36,698 nucleotides of DNA from an uncultured archaeon (GCA_964475145.1 CAYYVK010000002.1:1-36698); one strand, 5' to 3'; positions 24,774 through 34,298 are shown, counted from the first letter of the stretch. Notes: a model not told the origin generated them from the letters alone. Numbers and translations are program-made.

Positions 24774-26747
24774 TTAAACTTTTGGAAGGATTATAAGCTT
24801 GTAGAAACGATCTTTAGAACTTTTACAAGTACACCTTACTCTTTTACCATACTCTTCTATTGCCAATTCTATCAAATCTTTGTCTATCAGCTTTTTTCTT
24901 TTTACTCTACTTTCCCTTATACTTGGACTTATTGTTATAGATTTGTTTAGCGCATCTTCTTTAAGGCCTAGAAGAAACTCGTCTATGCAGATTATTACAC
25001 CAGCAGCAGACCACGCTTGTAAGAAGGCTGCATACTCACAACCAAAAGGCTTTACTAGGTTTAGACTTCCGTCTTCAGAGTTCCACGCTTCTGGTAAAGA
25101 GTTTACACAAAACTTGTTTAGAGTTTTGCTTATTTTTTGTAAGTACTCCATACCTTTTTCTGTTCTGTTGTTCAAGAACTCTGCGCATGCCATTAACGCA
25201 GTAGTTATCCCCCAAGAAGCTCCTGTGTGGTAGCCAGCAGGGTTGTATAAGTTAGAGTATTTGGAAAGAGTTCTAATACCAAATTCAGTCGTGAATTCGC
25301 TACTTTCTAATATTTTTAGGACTTTGAGTGGTCTTTTAGATATACCAAAAACAAGAGGAAAAACAGCGTTTATACTCCTTTCCCCTCCTTCTAGGTTATC
25401 TGTATAAAACTCGTCTTTCCAAAAATACTTCTCTATATTGTTTCTAAGTAGCTTGGAAGATTCTAACAAAGCTTTACTTCCTATAAAATCGCCAAGCAAG
25501 TTTAACAAATTGCTTCCAGACTTTAGAGCTTCGTACCAAATAGAGCAAACTTCTAGGCAAGTACCTTTTCTATCTAAAGTATCCATCCAGGTTTGCCTAC
25601 TATCGTTACTCACGAAACCATTCTCGTCACAACTTTTCTTGTACCAGTTCAATGCTTTTAGAAGGTTTTCTTTCACCCTTTCTAAGAAGTCCAAATCTCC
25701 GCTGCATTCTACGTATTTATTCAGCGCAATTATCCATAGGGGTGTTGCATCTGCAGAATTGTAATCAACTCTTCCATCAAGGGTAATGAAATTTGGAATT
25801 AATCCTTCTTCAGATTGATTTTTTGCAAGAGCTTCCAAAGAGCTTTTTGCAAATTCAAAGTTTCCAACGTCTACAGCTGCCCTTATAATCCACCCCAAGT
25901 CTCTTCCCCATAGTTGTGTGAACCAGGGATATCCTGCAAGGAAGCCCTTTATCTTTCCTTCATACGCACATTTTTCTAGGTTTATTATTGCAGCATAAAA
26001 TAAATCTTTTAAAATAGGATCTTCAGTTTCAAGAAAATCCTCATTTATCCTATAAACTTCATACTTTCTTGCGAGAATTTCTTCCCAAGAGCTTATGCTG
26101 CTGAAAGTTAATTTTGTGTCCTTTTCGCTATTTCCACACACAAAAGTGAAAATAATGCTTTGAGCAGAAAGAGGAGGTAAAACAATAGAAGTATTATAGA
26201 TTCCTGGTACAAAACACCTTTGTAGCTCACCAGGATAATGTTCTTTGTAGTAACTAGAAAGTATGTCCTTTCCAAGGGTGGAGGAACCGAAAGCTAAAAC
26301 TCCAATCTCATTAGAAACAAAAACTTTATTTTCTTCAAATTTCTTTGAATAAGTCCTTTCGTTCCAATTTTCTTCCATTTTTCTTATGTTAACACCAACC
26401 TCCAGGTTTACCTCCACGTTTATATCTTTTGGTGTTTTGTTCAAGAAAGTAAGCTTGCAGATCAATGCTGGAAACTGCTCTGGTACAAGAATTTTCTCTT
26501 CAACTTTTATTTTGTCTAGTTCAAAGAAATGGGTAGCAGTTGCTCCATCTTCTTCAAACCTAATACAGTTTTGGGGGGATAACCATTCTTCATTTACCTT
26601 GAATGCAAAGTATTCCAAAAACTTTTTGTTCCCAGACCAGAGTCCTGTCCACTTAGTTCTGAAGCCAGTGTCGCAGAAACGATGGAAGAAAGCTTTTTTA
26701 CCAGCCAATAAGTAGCACTTTTTCTCTAATTCCTGAGTAAGGTACAT
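24774..26747 (-). CDS. Glycogen debranching enzyme (amylo-alpha-1,6-glucosidase, archaeal GDE type)
   Basis: 657 aa with an N-terminal GDE_N-like region and a C-terminal (alpha/alpha)6-type region (GYPWFTQLWGRDLGW, ADATPLW). Confidence 0.8.
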   Translation of the reverse strand: MYLTQELEKKCYLLAGKKAFFHRFCDTGFRTKWTGLWSGNKKFLEYFAFKVNEEWLSPQNCIRFEEDGATATHFFELDKIKVEEKILVPEQFPALICKLTFLNKTPKDINVEVNLEVGVNIRKMEENWNERTYSKKFEENKVFVSNEIGVLAFGSSTLGKDILSSYYKEHYPGELQRCFVPGIYNTSIVLPPLSAQSIIFTFVCGNSEKDTKLTFSSISSWEEILARKYEVYRINEDFLETEDPILKDLFYAAIINLEKCAYEGKIKGFLAGYPWFTQLWGRDLGWIIRAAVDVGNFEFAKSSLEALAKNQSEEGLIPNFITLDGRVDYNSADATPLWIIALNKYVECSGDLDFLERVKENLLKALNWYKKSCDENGFVSNDSRQTWMDTLDRKGTCLEVCSIWYEALKSGSNLLNLLGDFIGSKALLESSKLLRNNIEKYFWKDEFYTDNLEGGERSINAVFPLVFGISKRPLKVLKILESSEFTTEFGIRTLSKYSNLYNPAGYHTGASWGITTALMACAEFLNNRTEKGMEYLQKISKTLNKFCVNSLPEAWNSEDGSLNLVKPFGCEYAAFLQAWSAAGVIICIDEFLLGLKEDALNKSITISPSIRESRVKRKKLIDKDLIELAIEEYGKRVRCTCKSSKDRFYKLIILPKV

Positions 26748-26782
26748 AATACTTTATAAGGTGGCTTTTCTATAAAATATTC
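26748..26782. promoter_or_regulatory. 35-bp divergent promoter with back-to-back TATA-like boxes
   Basis: The spacer reads AATACTTTATAAGGTGGCTTTTCTATAAAATATTC. CTTTATAAGG lies 22-31 nt upstream of the GH57 ATG, and TTTTATAG on the minus strand lies about 21-30 nt upstream of the GDE ATG. This implies leaderless mRNAs. Confidence 0.35.
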
Positions 26783-28036
26783 ATGCCATTTATTACTCTT
26801 AACTTCCAGGTTCATCAGCCATTTAGAATTTCTAATTTTCAAGCCAACGGGTATACAAACATAAACGACTTGTTTAACAATTATTTCAATCATGGCCTTA
26901 ACAAGTGGATATTTGAAAGGGTAGCTAACAAGTGTTACCTTCCAGCTAACAGGATATTGCTTGAAGCCATAGATAACTTGAAACATGAAAAGAAAAAGTT
27001 TAAAGTTTCTTTCAGCTTAACAGGTACTTTTCTAGAATCTGCAGAAATGTTTAATAAGGATGTTTTGGACAGCTTTAAGCAGCTTGCTCAGTCAAAGTGT
27101 GTAGAAATTCTTGGAGAAACTTATTATCATTCTTTAGCAAGTTTATACGAATCTAAGGACGAATTTATAGAGCAAGTAAACGCTCACAGACAGGCTATAA
27201 GAGATTATTTTGGGGTAGAGCCCAAAGTTTTTGTTAACACAGAAATGATATACAACAACGTTATAGGAAAGATAGTGGAAGATTTAGGGTTTAAAGCCAT
27301 TTTTACAGAAGGTAGTGAGAGAATATTAGGTTGGAGAAGTCCTAACTATCTTTATGTAAGGAAGTTTTGCTTCCCTAACGACCCACCACCAGAAAAAAGG
27401 ATTAAAATCTTGTTAAGGAATTATAGGTTGAGCGACGATGTTGCTTATAGATTTTCTGCTAGGAACTGGGACCAATGGCCTCTTACTGCTGAAAAGTATG
27501 TTGCTTGGCTAAGTGCAACAGTAGGAGAAGTGATAAACCTTTTCATGGATTATGAAACTTTTGGAGAACATCAACCAGAAGAAACTGGTATATTTTGGTT
27601 TTTGAAAGCTTTACCTTACATGGTAGTTAGGGATCCAAACTTAGAGTTTCTTACTCCATCTGAAGTTGTAGAGAGGTGCAAACCAATAGGTGAAATAGAT
27701 GTTTTCGAGTTTTCCACACTTTCTTGGGCAGACATGGAGCGTGACACTTCAGCTTGGCTCGGTAACAAGATGCAGCAGATAATGTTCAACGAAGTTAAGA
27801 ATTTAGAAAGGTACGTAAAAAGCTTAGACAATCCTGAGCTGATAAAAGTGTGGAAATTGCTACAACAAAGCGATCATTATTATTATATGTGCACAAAGTT
27901 TTGGTCTGATGGAGATGTCCATAAGTATTTTAGCTCTTTTGACAGACCTGAGGATGCTTTTGCAAACTTTATGAACATTTTAGCAGATTTTAAGACAAAA
28001 ATTTTTGCTGAATTTTTGAAAGGAAGAGAGCTATAG
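26783..28036 (+). CDS. Glycoside hydrolase family 57 enzyme (alpha-amylase or 4-alpha-glucanotransferase-like)
   Basis: 417 aa with an N-terminal LNFQVHQPFR block, a TEMIYN region and DYETFGEH, all typical of GH57 catalytic domains. Confidence 0.85.
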   Translation: MPFITLNFQVHQPFRISNFQANGYTNINDLFNNYFNHGLNKWIFERVANKCYLPANRILLEAIDNLKHEKKKFKVSFSLTGTFLESAEMFNKDVLDSFKQLAQSKCVEILGETYYHSLASLYESKDEFIEQVNAHRQAIRDYFGVEPKVFVNTEMIYNNVIGKIVEDLGFKAIFTEGSERILGWRSPNYLYVRKFCFPNDPPPEKRIKILLRNYRLSDDVAYRFSARNWDQWPLTAEKYVAWLSATVGEVINLFMDYETFGEHQPEETGIFWFLKALPYMVVRDPNLEFLTPSEVVERCKPIGEIDVFEFSTLSWADMERDTSAWLGNKMQQIMFNEVKNLERYVKSLDNPELIKVWKLLQQSDHYYYMCTKFWSDGDVHKYFSSFDRPEDAFANFMNILADFKTKIFAEFLKGREL

Positions 28037-29131
28037 TTTTTCAAACCTTTTTTCTAACTTCCTTAGGACTTCTGGTAAGGTGGTGTATTCCATTTCATCT
28101 CTAGGTAGTCTATGGGGTTCGAAAGAACCATGCCTTCTTATGTAATCCATATACTCATTGCATTTTTCTCTAGCTAAATCGAAAGCAGGGTCGTCGAACA
28201 AGTCTACAGGACCTTCTAGCTTACCATTGTTTAACTGGAAGCCGAGCGCAACTACTCTTGGAGGTGCATCAAACCTAGTTGGGTGTGCATCTTTTAAGCT
28301 TACTGGCATGAAAGGCACGTTATGTGAGCCTCGCATACCACCGGCTACTAGATAAGGAAAAGCAAAAGGCTCGAGTATTTCTCCTACAGCTGGGAATCCT
28401 GATTGAGCTCGAACAATCATTACAGGATCGTCTTTACCAACATAACGACCTGCTATAAGGCTTAGTCTGTCAGTAGAAGAAACAGCAGCTATTTCGTTGT
28501 CAGAATTTCTAAACACAGATTTTATACAAAATCTTGCAGGTGAGCCTATTAAAGCAAGTAAGTCGTATATCTCAGCAGGAGCAGAGAGCCTTATTTTTTT
28601 ATGCTCATACAAATCATGGACTTCAAAGGTAAAACCATCGTGTAAATGAGGGTCGATTACTAGACCTGGTGTGTTAAAGGGATCAGCAAAAATTTTGTAG
28701 AGAGCCATATTCCATGCTCCTGGTTCTGTCTTATCCGCCATAAAACATACTATTGGCTCGCTTTTTCTCTCTTCGAAAGCTATTTCACAAACTCCAGGAC
28801 CCATACCTTTTACATTACCTGAGAAGGCAGTAGAAAGTATATCCTGTCCAGCACCGTACAACTTAAGAGATTTTGCTATTTCTGTACATTTCATAAAAGT
28901 ATCAAAAGCAAGCTTGTGAATTTCTGGATTTTCTATGAATTTATAATGTGTCATTAGTAGTTGCAAATCATCTCCTACAGAAGTGACAAAAAAATCTACA
29001 AGCAGGCCTGAATCTTTAGCTTTCTGTAAGCATTCGCTAGCAGTTTCTATTATTTTAGGATGAACTCTACCATGCCCTACGAGACTGCCTACATCTGCTT
29101 TAATCAAAGAAACTGTAATCTTTTCAGGCAT
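28031..29131 (-). CDS. fbp: Fructose-1,6-bisphosphate aldolase/phosphatase (class V FBPase)
   Basis: 366 aa starting KITVSLIKADVGSLVGHGRVHP. Both the length and the motifs are typical. Its 3' end overlaps the GH57 3' end by 6 nt. Confidence 0.92.
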   Translation of the reverse strand: MPEKITVSLIKADVGSLVGHGRVHPKIIETASECLQKAKDSGLLVDFFVTSVGDDLQLLMTHYKFIENPEIHKLAFDTFMKCTEIAKSLKLYGAGQDILSTAFSGNVKGMGPGVCEIAFEERKSEPIVCFMADKTEPGAWNMALYKIFADPFNTPGLVIDPHLHDGFTFEVHDLYEHKKIRLSAPAEIYDLLALIGSPARFCIKSVFRNSDNEIAAVSSTDRLSLIAGRYVGKDDPVMIVRAQSGFPAVGEILEPFAFPYLVAGGMRGSHNVPFMPVSLKDAHPTRFDAPPRVVALGFQLNNGKLEGPVDLFDDPAFDLAREKCNEYMDYIRRHGSFEPHRLPRDEMEYTTLPEVLRKLEKRFEKL

Positions 29132-29164
29132 ATTATTATTTTGGCTTTAATATAAATTAACTAT

Positions 29165-29494
29165 ATGGGGAAAGTGTCTGTTAAAGAATTTCTAAGACCA
29201 GACTGGAGAAAGATTATGACATTAATTATAATTGCTATTTTTTCTTTTTTGAGTATTGGAAAAGAAAGAAGTTGTTATGTTGTAGATTATTTTGATAAAG
29301 GATATTCAGAAACAATTTGTCAATATTCTTTATACCCGTTCTTGTGGATTTTCTCTAGCGTCGAAGTGAATACAGAATTAAAAATTTTAACATACTTTCA
29401 GTTTTTAATCAACACATATTTTATACCTTTGATTTATTGGTATCTTCTTTCTTGTCTAATAATTTGGGCTTATGATAAGGTGAAGAAGAAATGA
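29165..29494 (+). CDS. Hypothetical membrane protein
   Basis: 109 aa with 3 hydrophobic segments. Its stop overlaps the tpiA ATG as ATGA. Confidence 0.4.
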   Translation: MGKVSVKEFLRPDWRKIMTLIIIAIFSFLSIGKERSCYVVDYFDKGYSETICQYSLYPFLWIFSSVEVNTELKILTYFQFLINTYFIPLIYWYLLSCLIIWAYDKVKKK

Positions 29495-30168
29495 TTAAGC
29501 TTCCTTTGTTGCTAATAAACTTTAAAACGTACAAAGAAGCTACAGGCAAGAATGCTGTTAAGCTTGCTAAGATATGTGAAGTTATTGCTAAAAAGTATAA
29601 AGTAAACATAGCAGTAGCTCCGAACATCATAGACTTGAGCGAAGTAGCTTCTAGCGTGGATATACCTGTTTTTTCTCAGCATATAGATCCTATCTTGAAT
29701 GGCGGTAAGCATACTGGTCATGTTCTTGCTGAAAACGTTAAAGCTGTAGGTGCTGTTGGTACTTTGTTAAATCATTCGGAAAGAAGGCTAAGTTTGGAGG
29801 AAATAAAAGAATGCATAAAAATAGCTAAGAGCTTTGATTTGATTACTGTTTGTTGCTCAGAAAGTCCTGAGAAGTCTGAGCAGATAGCCAAGCTTGCTCC
29901 TGACTTTATTGCGTACGAAGATCCTGTGCTGATTGGAAGTGGTATACCTATATCGAAAGCTAAAGCAGATTCTGTAAAAGAGTTTGTAGAGCTCTTGCAA
30001 AGAGTTAATCCAAAAGTTATACCGTTATGTGGGGCAGGCATATCTAGTGGAGAAGATGTTAAGGCTGCTTTAAAGCTTGGGACAAAAGGTGTTCTTGTTG
30101 CTTCCTCCATAGTATTAGCAAAGGATCAGGAGAAAGCAGTAGAAGACATGGCTAAGGCATTAGCTTGA
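29491..30168 (+). CDS. tpiA: Triosephosphate isomerase, archaeal short type
   Basis: 225 aa with LLINFKTY, LNHSERR and CGAGISSGEDV. Confidence 0.9.
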   Translation: MIKLPLLLINFKTYKEATGKNAVKLAKICEVIAKKYKVNIAVAPNIIDLSEVASSVDIPVFSQHIDPILNGGKHTGHVLAENVKAVGAVGTLLNHSERRLSLEEIKECIKIAKSFDLITVCCSESPEKSEQIAKLAPDFIAYEDPVLIGSGIPISKAKADSVKEFVELLQRVNPKVIPLCGAGISSGEDVKAALKLGTKGVLVASSIVLAKDQEKAVEDMAKALA

Positions 30169-30387
30169 GTAGATTTTCTCTGAAGTTTCGATCAATATTC
30201 TTCTTATACCAGATAGCAAAACTTTTCTTTTGTCGAGAGAGTTAATGAACTCTTGAAAAAATTGTTCATCTGTTTTTATCAAGTGAACAATTTCTCTTAC
30301 AAAAGGATCTTCTTTAGCTAGAATCAATTGTAATAAGGCCTTATAAAATTCCTCTATTCTCTTGAGGCGCTCTTTTACACTTTCCAC
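30160..30387 (-). CDS. Hypothetical 75-aa helical protein
   Basis: Predicted all-helical. Its 3' end overlaps the tpiA 3' end by 9 nt. No family recognised. Confidence 0.35.
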   Translation of the reverse strand: MESVKERLKRIEEFYKALLQLILAKEDPFVREIVHLIKTDEQFFQEFINSLDKRKVLLSGIRRILIETSEKIYSS

Positions 30388-30440
30388 ATCTAATAAGAGG
30401 AGGAGTTAAGTATTAATCTTTTTTGGTTTAGTATAAGTAT

Positions 30441-30671
30441 ATGGTAATGCCAGAATCCGAAAGACAGAAGGTTGAAGGTGGGGTAGAAAAAGCGGTTAAT
30501 GCTGCTTTACAAACGGCAAAAGAAGATGCAGAATTAAGAGGAAAGATAGCAGATTTTTTGCTCCAAGGAATAGATAAGCAGAAGTTCAAGGAAAGAATAG
30601 TAGAAGAAGCGTTAAAAGACCCAGAACTGAGAAAGAAGATAATGCTAGAGATTGTTAGGAAGTTAGGCTAA
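30441..30671 (+). CDS. Hypothetical 76-aa helical, charged protein
   Basis: Lys/Glu-rich helices (ELRGKIADFLL, PELRKKIMLEIVRKLG). Its 3' end overlaps the pgk 3' end by 17 nt. Confidence 0.35.
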   Translation: MVMPESERQKVEGGVEKAVNAALQTAKEDAELRGKIADFLLQGIDKQKFKERIVEEALKDPELRKKIMLEIVRKLG

Positions 30672-31890
30672 ACTTTTTATAGCTTTCTTTTAGAGCTTCT
30701 AACCCAGGCATCTTCTTACCGGCCAAGAAAGAGATTAGAGCACCTCCACCTACAGAAACATAAGAAAACTTTTTCTTATCTATTCCAAGCTTTTCTATTG
30801 CTACACTAGTGTCGCCTCCACCTATCAAGGTAACAGCATTGCTATCAGCAACCTTTTCTAGTATTTCCTTTGTGGCGAATGCAAAATCTCTTTCTTCAAA
30901 CTTTCCTAAAGGTCCTTTTACTACAATGCTTCTAAATTGATCAATCATTTCTTTGTAGATTATAACAGTCTTGCTACCAACGTCAAGAATGGTTGCATCA
31001 GCTGGTATGTTTTCTATGTTTTCCTCTTTTCTTCCGTTAGAATCGAAAGCAACGTCTACAGGCAAAACTATTTCTTTTCCATACTTTTCTAAAAGAGTTT
31101 TTGCATCGGTTAAAAGGCTTGTATATCCTTTCTTTTCAAGGGCAAGGAGAGTACCAGAGCCTATCTCATACCCTTTTGCAAGCAAGAAAAGGTTTGCTAA
31201 CATCCCTCCTGTTAATACTTTCTCCAAGCTTTCAGGCTTTTTTTCGAGCATATGCTTAAGAACAGATATGCAATCGTCAACCTTTGCACCACCCATTATC
31301 CATGCGTTTATTCCTAGAGGAGCAACTACCTTTTGAATTGCGCTTACTTCCTTTTCCATCACTCTTCCTGCTACAACAGGCTTGACAAAAGTAAAGCCAA
31401 CTATGCTTGCATGAGCTCTGTGTGAAACAGAAAAAGCATCCAGGATGTAATAATCTATTAAAGGCGATAAAAACTTGACTAAGGAAGAGTTTGCATGTTC
31501 CTCCATACTTTTTTCTACGTCTTCGTCTTCCAAGAACCTTACATTATCTAGCAACAAGGTTTCACTTGGCTTTAGTTTAGCTATAGCTTCTTTTGCCTTT
31601 TCACCGACAACATCATCGATAAACTTTACTTCTTTTCCTAGAACTTCTGAAAGGAGTTTAGCATGCTCCTTTAAAGGCAAGAAGTCGGGCTCGCCCTTTC
31701 TTGACTGATGAGCTATCAGAATTACCTTTGCATTTTTCTCTAGAAGTTCTTTTAAAGTTTCTGAGTGGGCATAGAACCTCTCGTTTATCTCGATCTTTCC
31801 TTCCTTGCTTAGGTCAGAATTCAAGTCTACTCTCACTGCAACTGTTTTATCTTCTAAATCAAAATCGTCCAGGGTGAAAAACTCTTTCAT
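30655..31890 (-). CDS. pgk: Phosphoglycerate kinase
   Basis: 411 aa with VRVDLNS, ILIAHQSRKG and the C-terminal GGGDT...VSVGGGA block. Confidence 0.92.
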   Translation of the reverse strand: MKEFFTLDDFDLEDKTVAVRVDLNSDLSKEGKIEINERFYAHSETLKELLEKNAKVILIAHQSRKGEPDFLPLKEHAKLLSEVLGKEVKFIDDVVGEKAKEAIAKLKPSETLLLDNVRFLEDEDVEKSMEEHANSSLVKFLSPLIDYYILDAFSVSHRAHASIVGFTFVKPVVAGRVMEKEVSAIQKVVAPLGINAWIMGGAKVDDCISVLKHMLEKKPESLEKVLTGGMLANLFLLAKGYEIGSGTLLALEKKGYTSLLTDAKTLLEKYGKEIVLPVDVAFDSNGRKEENIENIPADATILDVGSKTVIIYKEMIDQFRSIVVKGPLGKFEERDFAFATKEILEKVADSNAVTLIGGGDTSVAIEKLGIDKKKFSYVSVGGGALISFLAGKKMPGLEALKESYKKFSLTS

Positions 31891-31908
31891 TATCTTTTAT
31901 TTTTTGTT

Positions 31909-32835
31909 TTAGTCAATTAATAATTTTCCGTTCTTCATTATAATCTTTCCATCTACGCTTATGGTAGGCTTGTTTATAATCCCATCTGAATGGAAGGGAA
32001 CATCATTAGTACCACCAAAATAGAAATTGTTCCCTAAACCAAAGTGACAAGTCCCTAACACTTTTTCATCTTCTAAGATATTGCCAATAACTTTTGCCTT
32101 TGGGTTTGTTCCAATACCAAATTCTGCTACTTGTCTAGCTTTATCTCCCAAACTTTTGAAAATTTTTTCAAGATGGTTTATATCGTTTCTCATGCTTATG
32201 ACTTTTCCGTTTACAACCTCACAGAAAAGCCTTGTTTTTGCTGAAGGAAACTTATCAAAAATTATTGTACCGTTTACAGAATTTTCTACAGGAGCAACAA
32301 ACACTTCACCTGCTGGCAAGTTTCCGAGACTTCCCTTTTTGCTCAAGTTACCGTCGTCCTTGTGCCAAACTCTGTGTTTGCATGAAAATTTTACGTTTGT
32401 ACCGTTTTTCGCAGTAACCAAAACTTCTTTAGAATTTTTCAGAAACTCGAAGAGTTTAGAAGTTATACTCTGGACTATTGAGTAGTCTGCAGTCATGGCA
32501 CCTTCTAACAGAGTATACTTGGTTATGTTTGGCATCGTGGCAATTCTTAATCCTTTCTCTACAGCTCTTTTGACAGCTTTTGTATGGGTTATAGAGAACT
32601 TTGTTACAGCTATTACTACATCACAGCTAAGCATCTTTTCTGTTGCAGCAGAAGTTGGTTCTTCCCCATCTTTTTTCCTTGTGGGCATGACAAACATTTC
32701 TACTCTCGCTCTATCTTTTATCGCAGAGAAAACAATAGTTGCTATCCTTTTCATTCTTTCGTCCGTTAAGATTAAAACCTTTTCCCATGGCTTTATATCA
32801 AGTAATAGCAGAAGGTTTTTGTGGAACTCCATCAA
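31909..32835 (-). CDS. M29 (AmpS/aminopeptidase T-like) metallopeptidase family protein
   Basis: 308 aa with LGNLPAGEVFVAP, EFGIGTNP, EDEKVLGTCHFGLG and FHSDG, the metal-ligand blocks of the family. It is shorter than the classical enzymes. Confidence 0.7.
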   Translation of the reverse strand: MMEFHKNLLLLLDIKPWEKVLILTDERMKRIATIVFSAIKDRARVEMFVMPTRKKDGEEPTSAATEKMLSCDVVIAVTKFSITHTKAVKRAVEKGLRIATMPNITKYTLLEGAMTADYSIVQSITSKLFEFLKNSKEVLVTAKNGTNVKFSCKHRVWHKDDGNLSKKGSLGNLPAGEVFVAPVENSVNGTIIFDKFPSAKTRLFCEVVNGKVISMRNDINHLEKIFKSLGDKARQVAEFGIGTNPKAKVIGNILEDEKVLGTCHFGLGNNFYFGGTNDVPFHSDGIINKPTISVDGKIIMKNGKLLID

Positions 32836-32882
32836 TTAGTTTTTTACTTTCTATTTATTTTTATTGAAACAATTTTAATGAG

Positions 32883-34136
32883 ATGACAAAGTTATCTTTT
32901 TTAGGTGCAATGGGTTGTGTGGGAGCATCTGGCGTGCTTTTAGAGAGTGGTGCTGAGAAGCTTCTGATAGATTACGGGACAAAACCAAGTGAAGTACCAC
33001 CTAAGTTTCCTTTGCCTGTAGGTAAAGTAAACGGTGTCCTGTTGAGCCATGCACACTTAGATCATAGTGGAGCAGTACCACTACTTATGAAGAGCAATTC
33101 TCCACCAGTTTATGCTCTAGAAGTAACAAAAGAGTTGACAGAGCTTTTACTTCTAGACTCGATAAAGATATCGCACGAAGAAGGAGTTAGCCTACCTTTT
33201 AGTAAACAGCATGTTGAGGAAACCATGAAAAATTTCGTTTTGCTAGATTATAAGAAGAAGTTTAGGATAGGCTCAACAGAAGTTACTTTTTTGGATGCAG
33301 GTCATATACCAGGATCTGCTATGGTATACTTGAAAACAGGTAGAGAAAAAATTCTGTATACTGGAGATTTCAACACAATCAATACAAGATTGTTAAGGGC
33401 ACACGACCCTGAATTACCAGAAGCGAACGTGCTGATAACAGAGTGTACTTATAGCGATAGAGACCATCCTGAGAGAAAGTCTGAAGAAAAGGAGTTAGTT
33501 AGGATTGTTGAGGAAACTATATCCAAGGACGGAGTCGCCCTAATATCTGCTTTTGCTGTTGGAAGGGCTCAAGAAGTCTTGCTGATACTTCACAAGCATG
33601 GAATAGACTATCCGCTTTATCTGGACGGAATGGCAAAGAATGCAACAACTATCATAAGCAGGTATAGATATCTTTTGAAAGAGCCTGATAGCTTAGACTT
33701 AGCTTTAGAAAACGTAACTTATGTTAGACCTAGGATGAGGAAGAGGTTGGTAAAAGAGCCTTGTGTAATAGTAACTACTTCTGGTATGCTTAGTGGTGGA
33801 CCAGTTGTGCAGTACATCAAGGCTTTGCATGCAGACGAGCGTTCTAGCTTGTTGTTGACTGGGTGGCAGCTTGAAGGAACTCCTGGAAAAATTTTATTGG
33901 AGACTGGAAGGTTTATAGGGGATGGTTTAGACTTGGAAGTTAGAATGTTTGTTAAAAGGTTGGACTTGAGTGCACACGTGGGAAGAAGCGGTCTTATAGA
34001 ATTTATAAAAAAAGTTGGTGCGGAGAAAGTTTTTTGCATACATGGCGATCATACAGAAGAGTTTGCTTCTGAGCTAAGAGAAAAGGGCTTGGATGCAGTT
34101 GCACCTTTAGCAAACAATAGGACTTTTGAGCTATGA
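32883..34136 (+). CDS. Beta-CASP metallo-beta-lactamase RNase (aCPSF2-like, no KH domains)
   Basis: 417 aa with HAHLDHSG, DAGHIPGS, ECTYSDR, a beta-CASP middle part and C-terminal LSAH and CIHGDH. Confidence 0.85.
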   Translation: MTKLSFLGAMGCVGASGVLLESGAEKLLIDYGTKPSEVPPKFPLPVGKVNGVLLSHAHLDHSGAVPLLMKSNSPPVYALEVTKELTELLLLDSIKISHEEGVSLPFSKQHVEETMKNFVLLDYKKKFRIGSTEVTFLDAGHIPGSAMVYLKTGREKILYTGDFNTINTRLLRAHDPELPEANVLITECTYSDRDHPERKSEEKELVRIVEETISKDGVALISAFAVGRAQEVLLILHKHGIDYPLYLDGMAKNATTIISRYRYLLKEPDSLDLALENVTYVRPRMRKRLVKEPCVIVTTSGMLSGGPVVQYIKALHADERSSLLLTGWQLEGTPGKILLETGRFIGDGLDLEVRMFVKRLDLSAHVGRSGLIEFIKKVGAEKVFCIHGDHTEEFASELREKGLDAVAPLANNRTFEL

Positions 34137-34244
34137 GTTCAGCAATTTAATAAGTGCTTGACTTGAGAGACAGATAACTGAGGCACTTAAGTGCTACCAT
34201 ATCGTACGAGCTGATGTTTATATATTGGGATATTTATAAATCTT

Positions 34245-34269
34245 AATGTTACTTAGCAATAGTAACATT
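34245..34269. promoter_or_regulatory. 9-bp-arm inverted repeat upstream of ORF 34299
   Basis: AATGTTACT-TAGCAAT-AGTAACATT with perfect arms. It sits between the TATA-like TATTTATAAA (34231-40) and the ATG at 34299. Confidence 0.4.
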
Positions 34270-34298
34270 TAAATACTTATACTACTAATGAGTGATAC

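Noticed and set aside
26726-26986. An 86-aa minus-strand ORF spanning the GDE/GH57 divergent promoter.
   Set aside because: It would overlap both start codons and is antisense to the conserved GH57 N-terminus (LNFQVHQPFR).
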